Part shown: piece by piece, positions 9,700-20,120 of the stretch
Layout of the letters: every line of letters begins with the position of its first letter
How positions within the stretch are numbered: position 1 is the first letter of the stretch
Assembly (NCBI GenBank): GCA_963840855.1
Contig: CAWJBB010000039.1
Span: forward strand, 1 to 64,000
DNA: 64,000 nt
Direction of reading: 5' to 3'
From: an uncultured delta proteobacterium
GTDB taxonomy: Bacteria > Desulfobacterota > Binatia > UBA9968
Made by a program: the position numbers and the translations under genes
The notes under the pieces: generated by a model
What the model was told of the DNA's origin: nothing
The model's input: only the letters and a program-made list of their open reading frames with translations
The model's database searches: none

Positions 9700-10163
9700 A
9701 TTTCCCCTCGTTTAAGAAACAATCGTCGAATATACCCGAGTGATATCGATGCTGACATTCTCGCGGATATTACATCTGCTTCTGCGTGCACTAATGGCTC
9801 AAAACCAAAGACAAAATCAATTGAGCTATCCGAAATCATTGCTAACGATTCCCCATCGTTGACGTATTAGGTGATCTGGGAGTCGGCAGCGAACCTTTCC
9901 TGACATACTTTGATGCAATTTTCGGCCAAATCAACTATTGTCAAACGAGCGCACCAGTGCTTCAGAAAGTTCATCCAACGCCCGAACCCCGGGTGCAATT
10001 TCTAGAATAGTATCAGTCGGGATAAAAGCACGGATACGAAGAAAGATCGCCCCAAGCCAGTGTGCTTCAGAGCCGCCCCACGCTGAGGACCACTCTTCGC
10101 CCCTGCTGCGTCCACGCGTAGATCGAGTTCGACAGTTTGTAGATTTTTTTCGACCGTAGGCAT
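9700..10163 (-). pseudogene. Degraded class I SAM methyltransferase (absent from the ORF track)
   Basis: Manual minus-strand reading across frames: GEEWSSAWGGSEAHW, ILEIAPG.GRW, IVDLAENCI, in-frame TAA, YVNDGESLAMISDSSIDFVF, LVHAEADVI; 3' limit approximate. Confidence 0.75.
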
Positions 10164-10215
10164 ATCTTGAACTGAAAACTCTAACTAGACAACTCGAAAC
10201 TGACCTGGGAGGAAG

Positions 10216-13200
10216 TTATTGACGAACGTTCCTTTGAGTATCTACCCCGTCCCTCATCCACTCAGCACAGCGCATGGCAAAATCCCTTAACATCTTGTCT
10301 TTTTCCGAATCCGATACCCGAAGCTGCTTTGCCAAGTAGCAAATAATTTGCTGGCCCTCGTTCCATTCCAGAATACCCGGAGCATGCGTCCGTGCATTCG
10401 ATGAGCGCTGTCTCCAGTAATTCAACTTCTCCGCCACGTACCCAACATTTGACTGAAGGAGTATCTTGACCCATAGGAGCCAGTCACCGCATAGTTGGTA
10501 ACCGGCGTCTAGTCTATCGATTGATCTTAGGATGCTTGCTCGAAGGAGAACTGCGCTAGCGTTTGGAATGGTGTTCTTTTTGGATAAGTAATCCTTGATC
10601 TCCAGCCGCCCATTATTGATAAAGTTATTCTTCCAACGCGAAGGATCAAGATCATCTGTCCACTGAATAGCGTCTCCTAAGACTCGACTGCTCGGATCAG
10701 TCAGATAGGATTGACAATAGACGAGCCCCAGAGACATATCGTTTTCAAGAATCGGCAACAACTTGCTCAAGAAATACGGAGAAGCGCAATCATCCGACTC
10801 CGCAAACCATACGTATTCTCCCCGAGCGCTTTCTAAGCCTTTCTGCCATTGCCTGAAGGCAGATCCATTGCGGGTTTTATTAAGCAAGAATCGAAACATA
10901 GGATAGCCCGCATACGTTTGAATGATTTCTCTACTGTCGTCCGTCGAAGCGTCGTCCAAAACGATCACCTCAAAATCCCGAAAGGTCTGGTTGATTATGG
11001 AATCCAGTCGCTGCTGAAGATACGGCGCATGATTATAGTTGGGGACTATAACTGAGACCTTAGGCGCTGCCGGACCCTCGCTCCTTGAAATCGTGCTGCC
11101 GGGGCTCGATATTGGCTCGCTTTTTTTCCGGGCAAACTGGTCGATGACACGAAAGATCTCTTCTCCGGCGATCGATATGTCATGACGGGCTCTCACTTTG
11201 TAGCGGGCCGTGGCTCCCAGTCGAACTCTCTCTTCCGGATTGGCGCACAGATAGACAACCTTTTCTGCCATTGCCTTTGCGTCTTCGAAGGGAACGACAT
11301 AGCCCGCATCATTCTCAACAAAGTCTGGCATTCCTCCAGCTTTATCGAAACAGACAATGGGCAACCCGCAATCGGCTGCTTCCAAGCAAACAAGCGGAAA
11401 GGGATCCTCTCGTGAGGTCGAGAGAAACAGATCCCCCGCCGCGAAATAGCTTCGAGCATCCTGAGTTTCTCCAAGAAAACGCACACGATCTTCCAGACCC
11501 AGTCTGCGAACTTTCGCTTCGAGTTGTTCAACTTCCCCAGTGTCGACTCCGATCCAAAGAAAATAAGAGTATTCTAGGCCTAACGTTTTTGCCTGATCGG
11601 CCACTGCAATAAATAGGTCAGGCCCTTTTCTCCAATCCGTAGTGCCGCACCCAAAGATGATGAAACCTTCTTCAGGTAGTTTTTTTTGTCTCCTGATGGC
11701 GGTTCGGCCGGGCGAATTGCTATTTATCTTCTGGCATTTGATGAATTCATAGACCGTGGTTATTCTTTCTGGAAGCACATGATGGCCACTTTCAAGGTTT
11801 CGAGCCACCGGTGGCGAAGCCGCAATAAAATGATCGGTTAGCTCAATGAGTTGTTCCAGATCCTCTTTCACACACCACCGTTTTATGGCGTTTTCCATCT
11901 CATGCACGTGAGTCAAAATGGGGACTTTCAACTCGGAAAGTTTTGTCGCGACATCTCCAGGCACTAAAGTATTGACAAAAATGAGAGCCGGTGAATTGCC
12001 GCAAAAACGAATCAGTCGGGCCTTAACTTCTTCCGATCTCCAGTGGGCTAGCGATTCCATTTCAAATACAGGCCCGAGCCGGTAGAATTCCGGCACTAGA
12101 GGCCCGCCGCGCCTGAGGACAATCTTGGGCTGCACTCCCTTTGTATCACGAAGCCATTCGATCAGCGTGAGCAACAAACGCTGGGCTCCGGCGTTTGCGG
12201 CATCATGCGATACAAAGACGATCTCTAAACCACTTTGTTTCCTTGACCTCGGGAATTCCCCTAAAGCGTTCGCCGTCGCCTGAAGATAGGCATGCCCGTA
12301 TCTCCTGTCCGGTTCTAAGTAAGCCCCTTCGCTCCATTCATTCCAAGCATTGATAAACACCAACCGCTTGTCCGGATCGGGTTCCCGGGCGGCAAACCTG
12401 CAGGCTTCAGCGAGCCATTCCTGGTAGAGGGCCGGGGTTGAGTTCTGGTAGGTTATACCCCTTCCGGGCTTCCTCGCGTCGTTGTCCCATGAAGGACATA
12501 CCCCTCTGAACAAAGTAAAGTCCGGACGACGTGTCTTCTTGGCTGACTCAACCATATACGAGTAGTCAGAAATCACTCCCTGGTAGTCGGGATTGACGAT
12601 TTCCATCTGCTGATTGATGACAGGCGCTCCCTGTGCCAGCTTATGAGGCGGAAATTCCAAAGCGCCATCGAATCCCAGTGGTCTTGGGTCAACCGTTTCA
12701 AAGGCTAGGGGAGCAAGGAGATACAAATCGCCTAACTTCTTTTTAGCGCAGTAGTCACGCCACCTTTGAGCAGTCTCCCGCGGATTAGGAAGCAAAGACG
12801 GCCTGTACACGACCAGCAACGGCCGGCCATTAACTTTGATGTAGCGCTTATCACGAAGCGCGGGATCAATACTCTCAATGAAGGCGAGGTCATCTTCCGG
12901 CGAGTGAGCTTGGGCAACCAGCACCTCGTTGTCCAAACCATCCCAACGCCTCGTCCAGTTTTCGTTGGCCCAGCAGAGGCAAAACGGGAAATCGAGGTCG
13001 GGAGTATCGAGAAATTGCTTCAAAGGCAGATCGAGAAGACGCTTTCCACCAAACCAATAGTAATGAAAGCAGAAACCGAAAATACCGTATTTTTTAGCGA
13101 GCTCTACTTGACGCCACTGCACCTCTCTAACCCGGAGATCGTAGAAACCAAGTTCTCCCGGGAGCCGAGGTTGATAATGTCCGACAAACTGGGGGAGAGC

Positions 13201-14118
13201 CTTCGCTACGCTCGTCCATTCTGTAAAGCCTTTTCCCCACCATTCATCGTTTTCTGGAATAGGATGAAATTGTGGAAGGTAAAATGCAATCAATTTGACT
13301 TGCGGTTCCGTGACTCCGACATCTTCCTTCATAATGGGAACGTAATCGGGGCTTGGACTAGCTGATCGAGAAAAAAGCTCTGCCAGATAACGATCGCGGC
13401 CAGTCTCGAGAATAGTATTCCGCTCGGGGAGAGAGGCTCCGGCTTGCGCGTTAGAAACAATCTTTTTGATAATTCCCAAGAATCCATGGGTCTTAAGCTT
13501 GTTTTTGCCAAGTTCGACGAGATTGGCGAAGGACATACGGAACAAGACATTCGGGTCTCCCCAGACTCCCACCGCCTGCGCTGGCTCCTGCCCATAAGGA
13601 ACGGAGGTAGAAAGAACAATTTGAACCTCAAGGTTGGCCACACGACGCAGTCCTAGCTTGACCTTGATCCAGTTCCGATGTCGATGGAAACGTCTTGGAT
13701 GAATCAACTTCGTCCACTTGATTCTGGATTTTCCATCGCGGTCGACCACGTCAACTTGGAAGACAACGCCGTGGCAATTCTGTTCCCAGGCATCAGGCAT
13801 GAGAGCAATGTGAGACAGAAATTTTGCCCTAGCCGGGATATAGAGACGATAACAAGCCGACGACGCTGGGGGCATTAACAAACCGTTTTTAATCTCTCCG
13901 GCGATTTGAACATCGGGGAACCAACGGATACTTTCCCCAGGTTTAAGTTGAGCAGGGGTGCGGGTGATCAGAGCCAAGCCATTGAGGGGAATTGAATGAT
14001 GCGTTTTCTTGCGCCAAAGATCCCTCAGCCTTGAAAGCAAAGGGTTCCGCATCGACGCGTAACTTTTTTCTCCTCGGGTAGTTGCCTGAGCTATTTTCGC
14101 ATCCGTCGCATGGTCCAT
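10216..14118 (-). CDS. Multidomain glycan synthase: WbsX/GH99-like + GT4 + GT2
   Basis: IAFYLPQFHPIPENDEWWGKGFTEW...NAWNEW.EG (WbsX-like); SREDPFPLVCLEA (GT4); VSVIVPNYNH..DDASTD..ESDD (GT2). Confidence 0.92.
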   Translation of the reverse strand: MDHATDAKIAQATTRGEKSYASMRNPLLSRLRDLWRKKTHHSIPLNGLALITRTPAQLKPGESIRWFPDVQIAGEIKNGLLMPPASSACYRLYIPARAKFLSHIALMPDAWEQNCHGVVFQVDVVDRDGKSRIKWTKLIHPRRFHRHRNWIKVKLGLRRVANLEVQIVLSTSVPYGQEPAQAVGVWGDPNVLFRMSFANLVELGKNKLKTHGFLGIIKKIVSNAQAGASLPERNTILETGRDRYLAELFSRSASPSPDYVPIMKEDVGVTEPQVKLIAFYLPQFHPIPENDEWWGKGFTEWTSVAKALPQFVGHYQPRLPGELGFYDLRVREVQWRQVELAKKYGIFGFCFHYYWFGGKRLLDLPLKQFLDTPDLDFPFCLCWANENWTRRWDGLDNEVLVAQAHSPEDDLAFIESIDPALRDKRYIKVNGRPLLVVYRPSLLPNPRETAQRWRDYCAKKKLGDLYLLAPLAFETVDPRPLGFDGALEFPPHKLAQGAPVINQQMEIVNPDYQGVISDYSYMVESAKKTRRPDFTLFRGVCPSWDNDARKPGRGITYQNSTPALYQEWLAEACRFAAREPDPDKRLVFINAWNEWSEGAYLEPDRRYGHAYLQATANALGEFPRSRKQSGLEIVFVSHDAANAGAQRLLLTLIEWLRDTKGVQPKIVLRRGGPLVPEFYRLGPVFEMESLAHWRSEEVKARLIRFCGNSPALIFVNTLVPGDVATKLSELKVPILTHVHEMENAIKRWCVKEDLEQLIELTDHFIAASPPVARNLESGHHVLPERITTVYEFIKCQKINSNSPGRTAIRRQKKLPEEGFIIFGCGTTDWRKGPDLFIAVADQAKTLGLEYSYFLWIGVDTGEVEQLEAKVRRLGLEDRVRFLGETQDARSYFAAGDLFLSTSREDPFPLVCLEAADCGLPIVCFDKAGGMPDFVENDAGYVVPFEDAKAMAEKVVYLCANPEERVRLGATARYKVRARHDISIAGEEIFRVIDQFARKKSEPISSPGSTISRSEGPAAPKVSVIVPNYNHAPYLQQRLDSIINQTFRDFEVIVLDDASTDDSREIIQTYAGYPMFRFLLNKTRNGSAFRQWQKGLESARGEYVWFAESDDCASPYFLSKLLPILENDMSLGLVYCQSYLTDPSSRVLGDAIQWTDDLDPSRWKNNFINNGRLEIKDYLSKKNTIPNASAVLLRASILRSIDRLDAGYQLCGDWLLWVKILLQSNVGYVAEKLNYWRQRSSNARTHAPGILEWNEGQQIICYLAKQLRVSDSEKDKMLRDFAMRCAEWMRDGVDTQRNVRQ

Positions 14119-14235
14119 GGGTTTCGCATCTCAGAATGACGCAGCCGCCAGCGTGCTCATCACTAGTTGTAAGTCCTCACATCGGATACCTTCACCCAGC
14201 TTAGCTGGATCGAATCAGCCAACTATGCAGAGGAG

Positions 14236-14946
14236 TCAATCGTCTCGCGTGACAGACGCAGGACGCGACTGCTCTATAACTATGGTACTTGCCGGCGTTG
14301 TTGCAACAAAAAGACTTTGTTTTCCCATAAAAAACCACAACGGTCTGCACCATAGGTAGAGTCGTACAACTATGGGGTGCTGAGGTATTCTCGACTTAGT
14401 CGTATAGGGCAGAAATCTAATAATTTTCCTTGTGATTGTAAAACCCGCGATCGTAAGTGCTTCTTCAAGGCTCTTGTCTGTCAAAATAGTCTTATGGTCG
14501 ATAAAGTCAAAATAAGCAGCCCCAAGGAGGCGAAAATTGGGTTGCAAAACAATAAGTTGGCCTTCAGGACGCAGCAGTTCTTTGACTTTTCTGAGCAAAT
14601 CCGTGACTTGTGTCCCGCTCTCGAGATGCTCCAGGAAGTTACTGATAAAAACACTATCGAAATACTGGCTCGGTAACATCTTGAGGGAGAGATCTCCGCT
14701 GCAATAAAAAGTCACATCGCTAAAGGCGTAGCGACCGGCGTCAGGGTTTGCGTCTACACCAATTTTCTCTTTAGCTTGCAGATGGTTAAGAAAGTGGCAA
14801 AATCCGCAACCGATGTCTAGAACCTTAGCGTTGTTCCCAACGAGAGTCTGGAAAAAATTCTTGACCAGCGTCTCCCAAACCTCGCCAACTTTCTCCAATT
14901 CTGCCTTGCCCCACCGCTGTTTGTAGACTTGTTCGCAAAAGTTCAC
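14236..14946 (-). CDS. Class I SAM methyltransferase
   Basis: VLDIGCGFCHF, SNFLEHL, YFDFIDH. Confidence 0.88.
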   Translation of the reverse strand: MNFCEQVYKQRWGKAELEKVGEVWETLVKNFFQTLVGNNAKVLDIGCGFCHFLNHLQAKEKIGVDANPDAGRYAFSDVTFYCSGDLSLKMLPSQYFDSVFISNFLEHLESGTQVTDLLRKVKELLRPEGQLIVLQPNFRLLGAAYFDFIDHKTILTDKSLEEALTIAGFTITRKIIRFLPYTTKSRIPQHPIVVRLYLWCRPLWFFMGKQSLFVATTPASTIVIEQSRPASVTRDD

Positions 14947-15250
14947 TGGCTCGTTCCTAGGCTAGGCTAGTTCATAAGAAGCCTAGCTTCAATAATAAAA
15001 TCAAAATCCAACATCAGTTTCGAAGCGAGAAGGCAACCTCAAACCGCCGATAATCGGACACGGCAAAGGCTGAAACTGTAGAACTAAATATGCAATTACT
15101 TTGGCCTAAATCCGTTACACGTGTTATCTGTGTAATCCTCTACATCTGCCCACCGCTTAAAAAACTCAAAAGGCGTCCGTCTGATGACGAAATTTAGAAT
15201 CACGAGAATCACGAATTGGGTATCTCGGTTCGAACCTCCACGCGACCCGA

Positions 15251-16102
15251 TTACGGTTCAAAACAGTTCGGAACAGTCTTTTCATTATGTGGCTGGTTTT
15301 GAAAGCCAGTTACGGCAACGGCTCTCAAGGGTGACCGCCGGTAATCCCCACCGCTGAAATACTTCTCTAGCCACACATAGAGAATAATAAATAGGTAACG
15401 GCTGCCCATCTCCCTCAGCATGAGTTTTGCCTGACCGGTCCGCCGATTACGCCACGTGATGGGAATCACAGTCCACGAGTAACCGCGCACGATAGCCTTG
15501 AGCGGGATCTCGACCGTCAAGTTGAAGTGCGGCGCGATGAGCGGCCGGCAGCCGTCGATTACTGTCTTGCGGTAGGCTTTGAACGCGTTGGTCGTATCGT
15601 TAAGCGGGATGCGGAAAAGGATCCGTATAAAGAGATTCGCAATTCGGTTCAGCACCAGCTTGAACCACGGATAGTCGATCGTCCCACCCCCGGGCCAGAA
15701 GCGACTTCCAAATACGCATTCCCATCCCTGGTTTAATATCTGCCAGTATCGCACACTGTCGCGACAGTCGTCGCTCTCATCGGCCATCATGATAATCACC
15801 GCGTCCCCTGTCACCTCGTTCAGACCTTGGACTACCGCCCGGCCGAAGCCATGCGGGTCTCCGTTCTGGATCGGCCGGACCTCAGGGATCCGCAAACTCA
15901 AATCCTCAAGAATCTCCCACGTGCGATCAGTGCTGCCATCATCCACAATGATAATTTCGTGCGGGATAGCATGGAGGCACAGTTCCAAGTGAAGGTGCTC
16001 TACCGTTGATGAAATGCAACTGTCTTCGTCGCGCGCTGGAATCACCACCGACAGCTTTGTCAGCGTTGGCAACGTCGGATCGGATTGTGGGAGTTTGGAC
16101 AT
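15251..16102 (-). CDS. Polyprenol-phosphate glycosyltransferase (DPM1/GtrB-like GT2)
   Basis: SVVIPARDE, VDDGSTD, MMADESD, VFGSRF, DTTNAFKAYR. Confidence 0.85.
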   Translation of the reverse strand: MSKLPQSDPTLPTLTKLSVVIPARDEDSCISSTVEHLHLELCLHAIPHEIIIVDDGSTDRTWEILEDLSLRIPEVRPIQNGDPHGFGRAVVQGLNEVTGDAVIIMMADESDDCRDSVRYWQILNQGWECVFGSRFWPGGGTIDYPWFKLVLNRIANLFIRILFRIPLNDTTNAFKAYRKTVIDGCRPLIAPHFNLTVEIPLKAIVRGYSWTVIPITWRNRRTGQAKLMLREMGSRYLFIILYVWLEKYFSGGDYRRSPLRAVAVTGFQNQPHNEKTVPNCFEP

Positions 16103-16105
16103 AGC

Positions 16106-17173
16106 TCAACAACAGTCGGACAGGTCCAGCCACTCGGGATGCTGCTCCGCATGCCGGACGATCTCTTCAAGGATGTCGCCTGTTCTCCGTGATGGTTTCC
16201 AACCCCAAACCTCCGTTGCGAGGCTCGCATCGAGCACAACCCAGGGCAAGTCGAAAGGGCGTGCCTCCGCTTGGGAGGTCACTGTGTGATCACCGAGGCG
16301 CTCGCGGCACCATTCACTCAACTGATAAAGCGAGATCGCCGACGTCCGCCCGCCGCCGACGTTGACAACGCGCGGCTGACCATCATCCGCTGACGCTATC
16401 TGCCGCTCGAGGAGCGGCATCAAGTCGGCCGGGTGAAGACAATCCCGCACTTGGTAGCCCTGTCCGCCAAAGCCGGTGTAACCTAGCGGCCGGCGCCGTA
16501 GCCAACTGTTGATCCAGTAGGAGAAGATGCCCTGGTCGGGGCGGCCAAATTGGCCGCCACCTGCGAGCACACCGCATCGATTGATCCACACTGGAAAGCT
16601 GTAAATCATCCCGTACTCGAGTGCAAGCCGCTCGCTTGCAAGCTTCGTGGCACCATAAAGCGAAATCGGAGGTGCCGTCGAAAAGTCTTCACGCACCCCG
16701 GCGGCCGTTAATTCCCCCGGGAGCGGGCTCGCCGAATCCGGCTCGAAAGCCCCATCGGCCACCCGAAGAGGGAGCGCGGCGAGCACGGAGATCGAATACA
16801 CGCGACTCGTGCTAAGGAGTATGAAAGCTGCCCTGTGTCGCCGACAGTACTCGAGCGTATTCACTGTTCCGAGTAGGTTGTGCTCGACAAGCTGCCGACT
16901 TGATGCACGGCCGTCCACACCCGCGAGCACGCTCGGGTTAGCCGCCGTTTCAAGCACAACATCCACCGCCGGAAGCGTATCAAGGTCAGAGGCGCAACGA
17001 AGGTCGCCGTGGAGAACGCTCACGCCAAGTCGCTTTAGTGTCAGACGATTAACCTCGCTCCCCGGCCGCGTCAGGTTGTCCAGGCCGATGAACTCATGCT
17101 CGCCGCTTTCAACCCACGCCCGGATGAGGGTCGAACCGACGAAGCCACAGGCGCCAGTAACAAGCACTTTCAC
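16106..17173 (-). CDS. NAD-dependent epimerase, CDP-paratose 2-epimerase (RfbE)-like
   Basis: [21 protein letters not shown]; GTG start overlaps the upstream TGA. Confidence 0.85.
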   Translation of the reverse strand: MKVLVTGACGFVGSTLIRAWVESGEHEFIGLDNLTRPGSEVNRLTLKRLGVSVLHGDLRCASDLDTLPAVDVVLETAANPSVLAGVDGRASSRQLVEHNLLGTVNTLEYCRRHRAAFILLSTSRVYSISVLAALPLRVADGAFEPDSASPLPGELTAAGVREDFSTAPPISLYGATKLASERLALEYGMIYSFPVWINRCGVLAGGGQFGRPDQGIFSYWINSWLRRRPLGYTGFGGQGYQVRDCLHPADLMPLLERQIASADDGQPRVVNVGGGRTSAISLYQLSEWCRERLGDHTVTSQAEARPFDLPWVVLDASLATEVWGWKPSRRTGDILEEIVRHAEQHPEWLDLSDCC

Positions 17174-18225
17174 AACGAAAGCTTCCTCTGCCAAGCCTCC
17201 ACGATCTCGCGGATCGTCTGCTCGAGGTTGATGGTTATACCCCAGCGCGGATAATGTGATTGCATCTTGCGTAGATCACTATAGTAGCAGATATGGTCCC
17301 CGATGCGGTTATCCGGCACGTAGGTGTATCGTTGGCGGTTGCCGGTGAAGCGCTCAACGAGGGCGAAGGCCTCAAGGATGCTGCAGGAGTTCGCCTTTCC
17401 TCCCCCGAGATTGTAGACCTCGCCACAACGCGGGTTCTTCGCAAACTCGTGGATGAAATGCGTAACATCGCGGCTGTGAATATTGTCTCTGACTTGCTTG
17501 CCCTTATAGCCATAGATCCGATACTCGCGCTCTTCAAGGTTACATTTCGCAAGATAGCTGAGGAACCCGTGTAGCTCCACCCCGCTGTGATTCGGCCCGG
17601 TTAGGCAACCGCCTCGCAGGCAGCAAGTGGGCATGCCGAAATAGCGACCGTACTCCTGAACCATCACGTCGGACGCAACTTTGCTCGCGCCAAAGAGACT
17701 GTGCAAGCTATGATCAATCGGGAAGGTCTCAGGAATACCCTCTAAGTATTCCGGGTCAGCGTAATCCCACCGGGTCTCCAACTCGGTAAGTCTCAGTCGA
17801 TTAGGAGCATCGCCGTACACCTTGTTCGTGCTTAGGTGGATGAACGGGCTCTCCGGACAGGCCTGCCGCGTGGCTTCCAGCAAGTTGAGCGTACCAACGG
17901 CGTTGGTATCGAAGTCATCAAAGGGAATAGCCGCCGCGCGATCGTGGGAAGGTTGGGCAGCTGTATGCACGATGATCGCCGGCCGAAGCCGTCTGACCAG
18001 ATCGAGAACGCCCTGCCGATTCCTCACGTCTAGCTCGTGATGCTCAAAGTTGGGGAACTCCCGCTCGAGCCGGCACTGATTCCACCGGGTGTCACCTTGC
18101 GGCCCGAAAAAAACCGCGCGCTGGTTGTTGTCAACGCCATGAACTTTGTGGCCAATCCCCGCAAAATATGCGCATACTTCACTCCCGATCAGTCCAGATG
18201 ATCCGGTCACCAAAACGATATCCAT
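17170..18225 (-). CDS. NAD-dependent epimerase, CDP-paratose/tyvelose epimerase (RfbE)-like
   Basis: [35 protein letters not shown]; ATG at 18225. Confidence 0.88.
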   Translation of the reverse strand: MDIVLVTGSSGLIGSEVCAYFAGIGHKVHGVDNNQRAVFFGPQGDTRWNQCRLEREFPNFEHHELDVRNRQGVLDLVRRLRPAIIVHTAAQPSHDRAAAIPFDDFDTNAVGTLNLLEATRQACPESPFIHLSTNKVYGDAPNRLRLTELETRWDYADPEYLEGIPETFPIDHSLHSLFGASKVASDVMVQEYGRYFGMPTCCLRGGCLTGPNHSGVELHGFLSYLAKCNLEEREYRIYGYKGKQVRDNIHSRDVTHFIHEFAKNPRCGEVYNLGGGKANSCSILEAFALVERFTGNRQRYTYVPDNRIGDHICYYSDLRKMQSHYPRWGITINLEQTIREIVEAWQRKLSL

Positions 18226-18532
18226 TATTACGCGGCTCCCTGTTGCGCTTTTCGAGACCGGCGCTCTCCCGTCCAAATAATCGGCAACTCCCGACGACGT
18301 TGGCCGTTGGGTATCCTGCCCATAGCGCCCGGCAGAGTGATTTGAGGTTTTGAACCATCATCAGAGTCGTGCCCTTGTGGCGAACCACTCACCACACATG
18401 GAACGATACGAATCTGTTTTTGTCTCATGAACTGAAGATCGATCCCCCTGACCGCTAAGTAAAGACGGTCTTACGAGTTACCAGCGAAGGCAGAGCTTCA
18501 AAATCACTCTTATTTTGATAATTTGGGAAGAA

Positions 18533-18560
18533 AATATCCGATAAGGAGTTGTTGTGTCAA
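18533..18560 (-). promoter_or_regulatory. Putative sigma70 promoter of the epimerase operon
   Basis: TTGACA-N16-GATATT on the minus strand. Confidence 0.4.
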
Positions 18561-18621
18561 CATCAAGCCCTTGCCAGATTCATCAGCATTTAGGCCACCG
18601 ACCTCAGGCGTTGAAAATTCC

Positions 18622-20063
18622 TGTCAACTCATTTAAGAATGTAACCGAGGTGTGATTCATTGCGTCATTGAGAATGTAACCCAGCGATCAGGAGCTGAGG
18701 TGATCTTCGACATAGAGTTGGATCCCAAAGATTTGAGAGAGCTCATTGAGAGTTTCTTTTTCAATGCGAGTGAGAGGTGGTGCTTTGGGTTGAGTCGTTT
18801 GCGGGCCGGGGCTAATGCGATGGTTAGCCATCTGATAGATGCGCTCAAGTTTTTGTTCAATGCGTTTGGCCAACTCAAAGGGATCCGTCTGGTTACGTAA
18901 CCTCTTCAGCTCTTCGGTCTTGGTCCGATCTGCCTCAGGGCAGTTTAACAGCCGTTCGAGCGGGGTCCGGGGTTTATCATAGCGTCGTTTGAGCTTGGAG
19001 CCGACCCGAGTCTTTTCGACAAGCTTCATGGAGGGCGGAAACAGGTTTCGCAGGATTCTCAGTTCGTTTCGGTAAAGATCATTGATGGCTATTTGAGCCG
19101 GGTCGGAGTCATAGCGTAGGTAACCAAAGATTTTGCGCACATGGGTCCAATTTTTCTGTTCGATGTGGGCGTTGTCATCTTTTTTGTAGGGGCGGCCGCG
19201 GGTGAATTGGATGCTCTTTTGATCACAAAAGGTCTTGAGGTGATAGTTGATAAACTCACTGCCATTATCAGAATCGATGCCTAAGAGTTTAAAGGGCAGA
19301 GCCTGTTCAATCTCTTGCATGGCATTGAGAACAGCGATCTGGCTTTTGCCCATGAGGGCACGGCTTTCTACCCAGGTGGAGTGGATGTCGGTAACATTGA
19401 GCGAGTGAATGAACTCCCCTGAAGCAGAGTTGCCCGAGTGCGAGACCAGATCGGTTTCGGTAAAGCCTGGGGTTTTTACATCCCAGGAGTCGGTTTTGAT
19501 GGGGATGTGATGTTTGAGCAGAGTGCCGGGGTTTGGTGCGTCCGTAGAGTCTGTTTTTGAGTTGGCGTCTTTTGGACTTGAGTCGCCGGTCGATGGTGGA
19601 GGGGCTGATCGAGAGCAGCTGCTTTTGGGCTTGGGCCGAGATAGCGAAGCGCTTTTGGGCCCAAGGGAGCCATAACGGTAGGAGCGCTTTGAGGCGCGCC
19701 GAGCACGGATAGCCAGCCGCCTCCCAGATGGTCGTAAGAGACAAGATGACTTTCAGGCCATAAGTGGGGCGACGGCCTGTGGGGTTTGTCTTGGGTTTTT
19801 GTGGCGCTGGACCGTTGAGCAGCCGGATGGCGTATTTGCGGTTGTAGCCGCAGACTTGGCAAAACTCGTCGAGAATGCGAGCTCGCAGCGGTTTGGAAAC
19901 TTTTTGGTAGCGGGAGTAGATGGCTTTGAGGTAATCCCATTTGGACTTCTGACTCATGAAATCGTAACCCCCCTTGGTTGCTGATATCCTTCACCATCTG
20001 TGGGTTACACTCTAAATGAGTCAACGATACCTCCTAGGGTTACATTTTAGATGATTCAATACG
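18622..20063 (-). mobile_element. IS with rve-type DDE transposase (family not assigned), copy 1
   Basis: Two ~20-bp TCAT...TGTAACC repeats at each end in inverted orientation; 5' end shared with copy 2 from cgtattgaatc; left boundary approximate. Confidence 0.85.
18688..19957 (-). pseudogene. rve/DDE transposase with +1 frameshift near 19530
   Basis: ILDEFCQVCGYNRKYAIRLL, DSDNGSEF, KKDDNAHIEQKN; one extra C relative to copy 2 (TKPGTLLK). Confidence 0.85.
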
Positions 20064-20120
20064 AATTGTTGTCAGATTTTCTAGTCTGCGCAAAGGTGAA
20101 GGCTAACCGCCGCTATTTCA

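Larger units (their letters stand above)
6596..9743 (+). pseudogene. Membrane protein (GT-C-like) remnant interrupted by IS21
   Basis: Hydrophobic ORF ...FEKLSLFVLLLPLA stops at the IS and resumes in frame after the TSD as LFLFQKIADRYILWPL. Confidence 0.6.

Noticed and set aside
18334-18510. Imperfect inverted repeat AGAGTGATTTGAG / CTTCAAAATCACTCT as MITE ends
   Set aside because: Short, gapped, no TSD and single-copy here.
19520-19540. Programmed frameshift in the rve transposase
   Set aside because: Copy 2 reads through this position in one frame, so it is a mutation or sequencing error.
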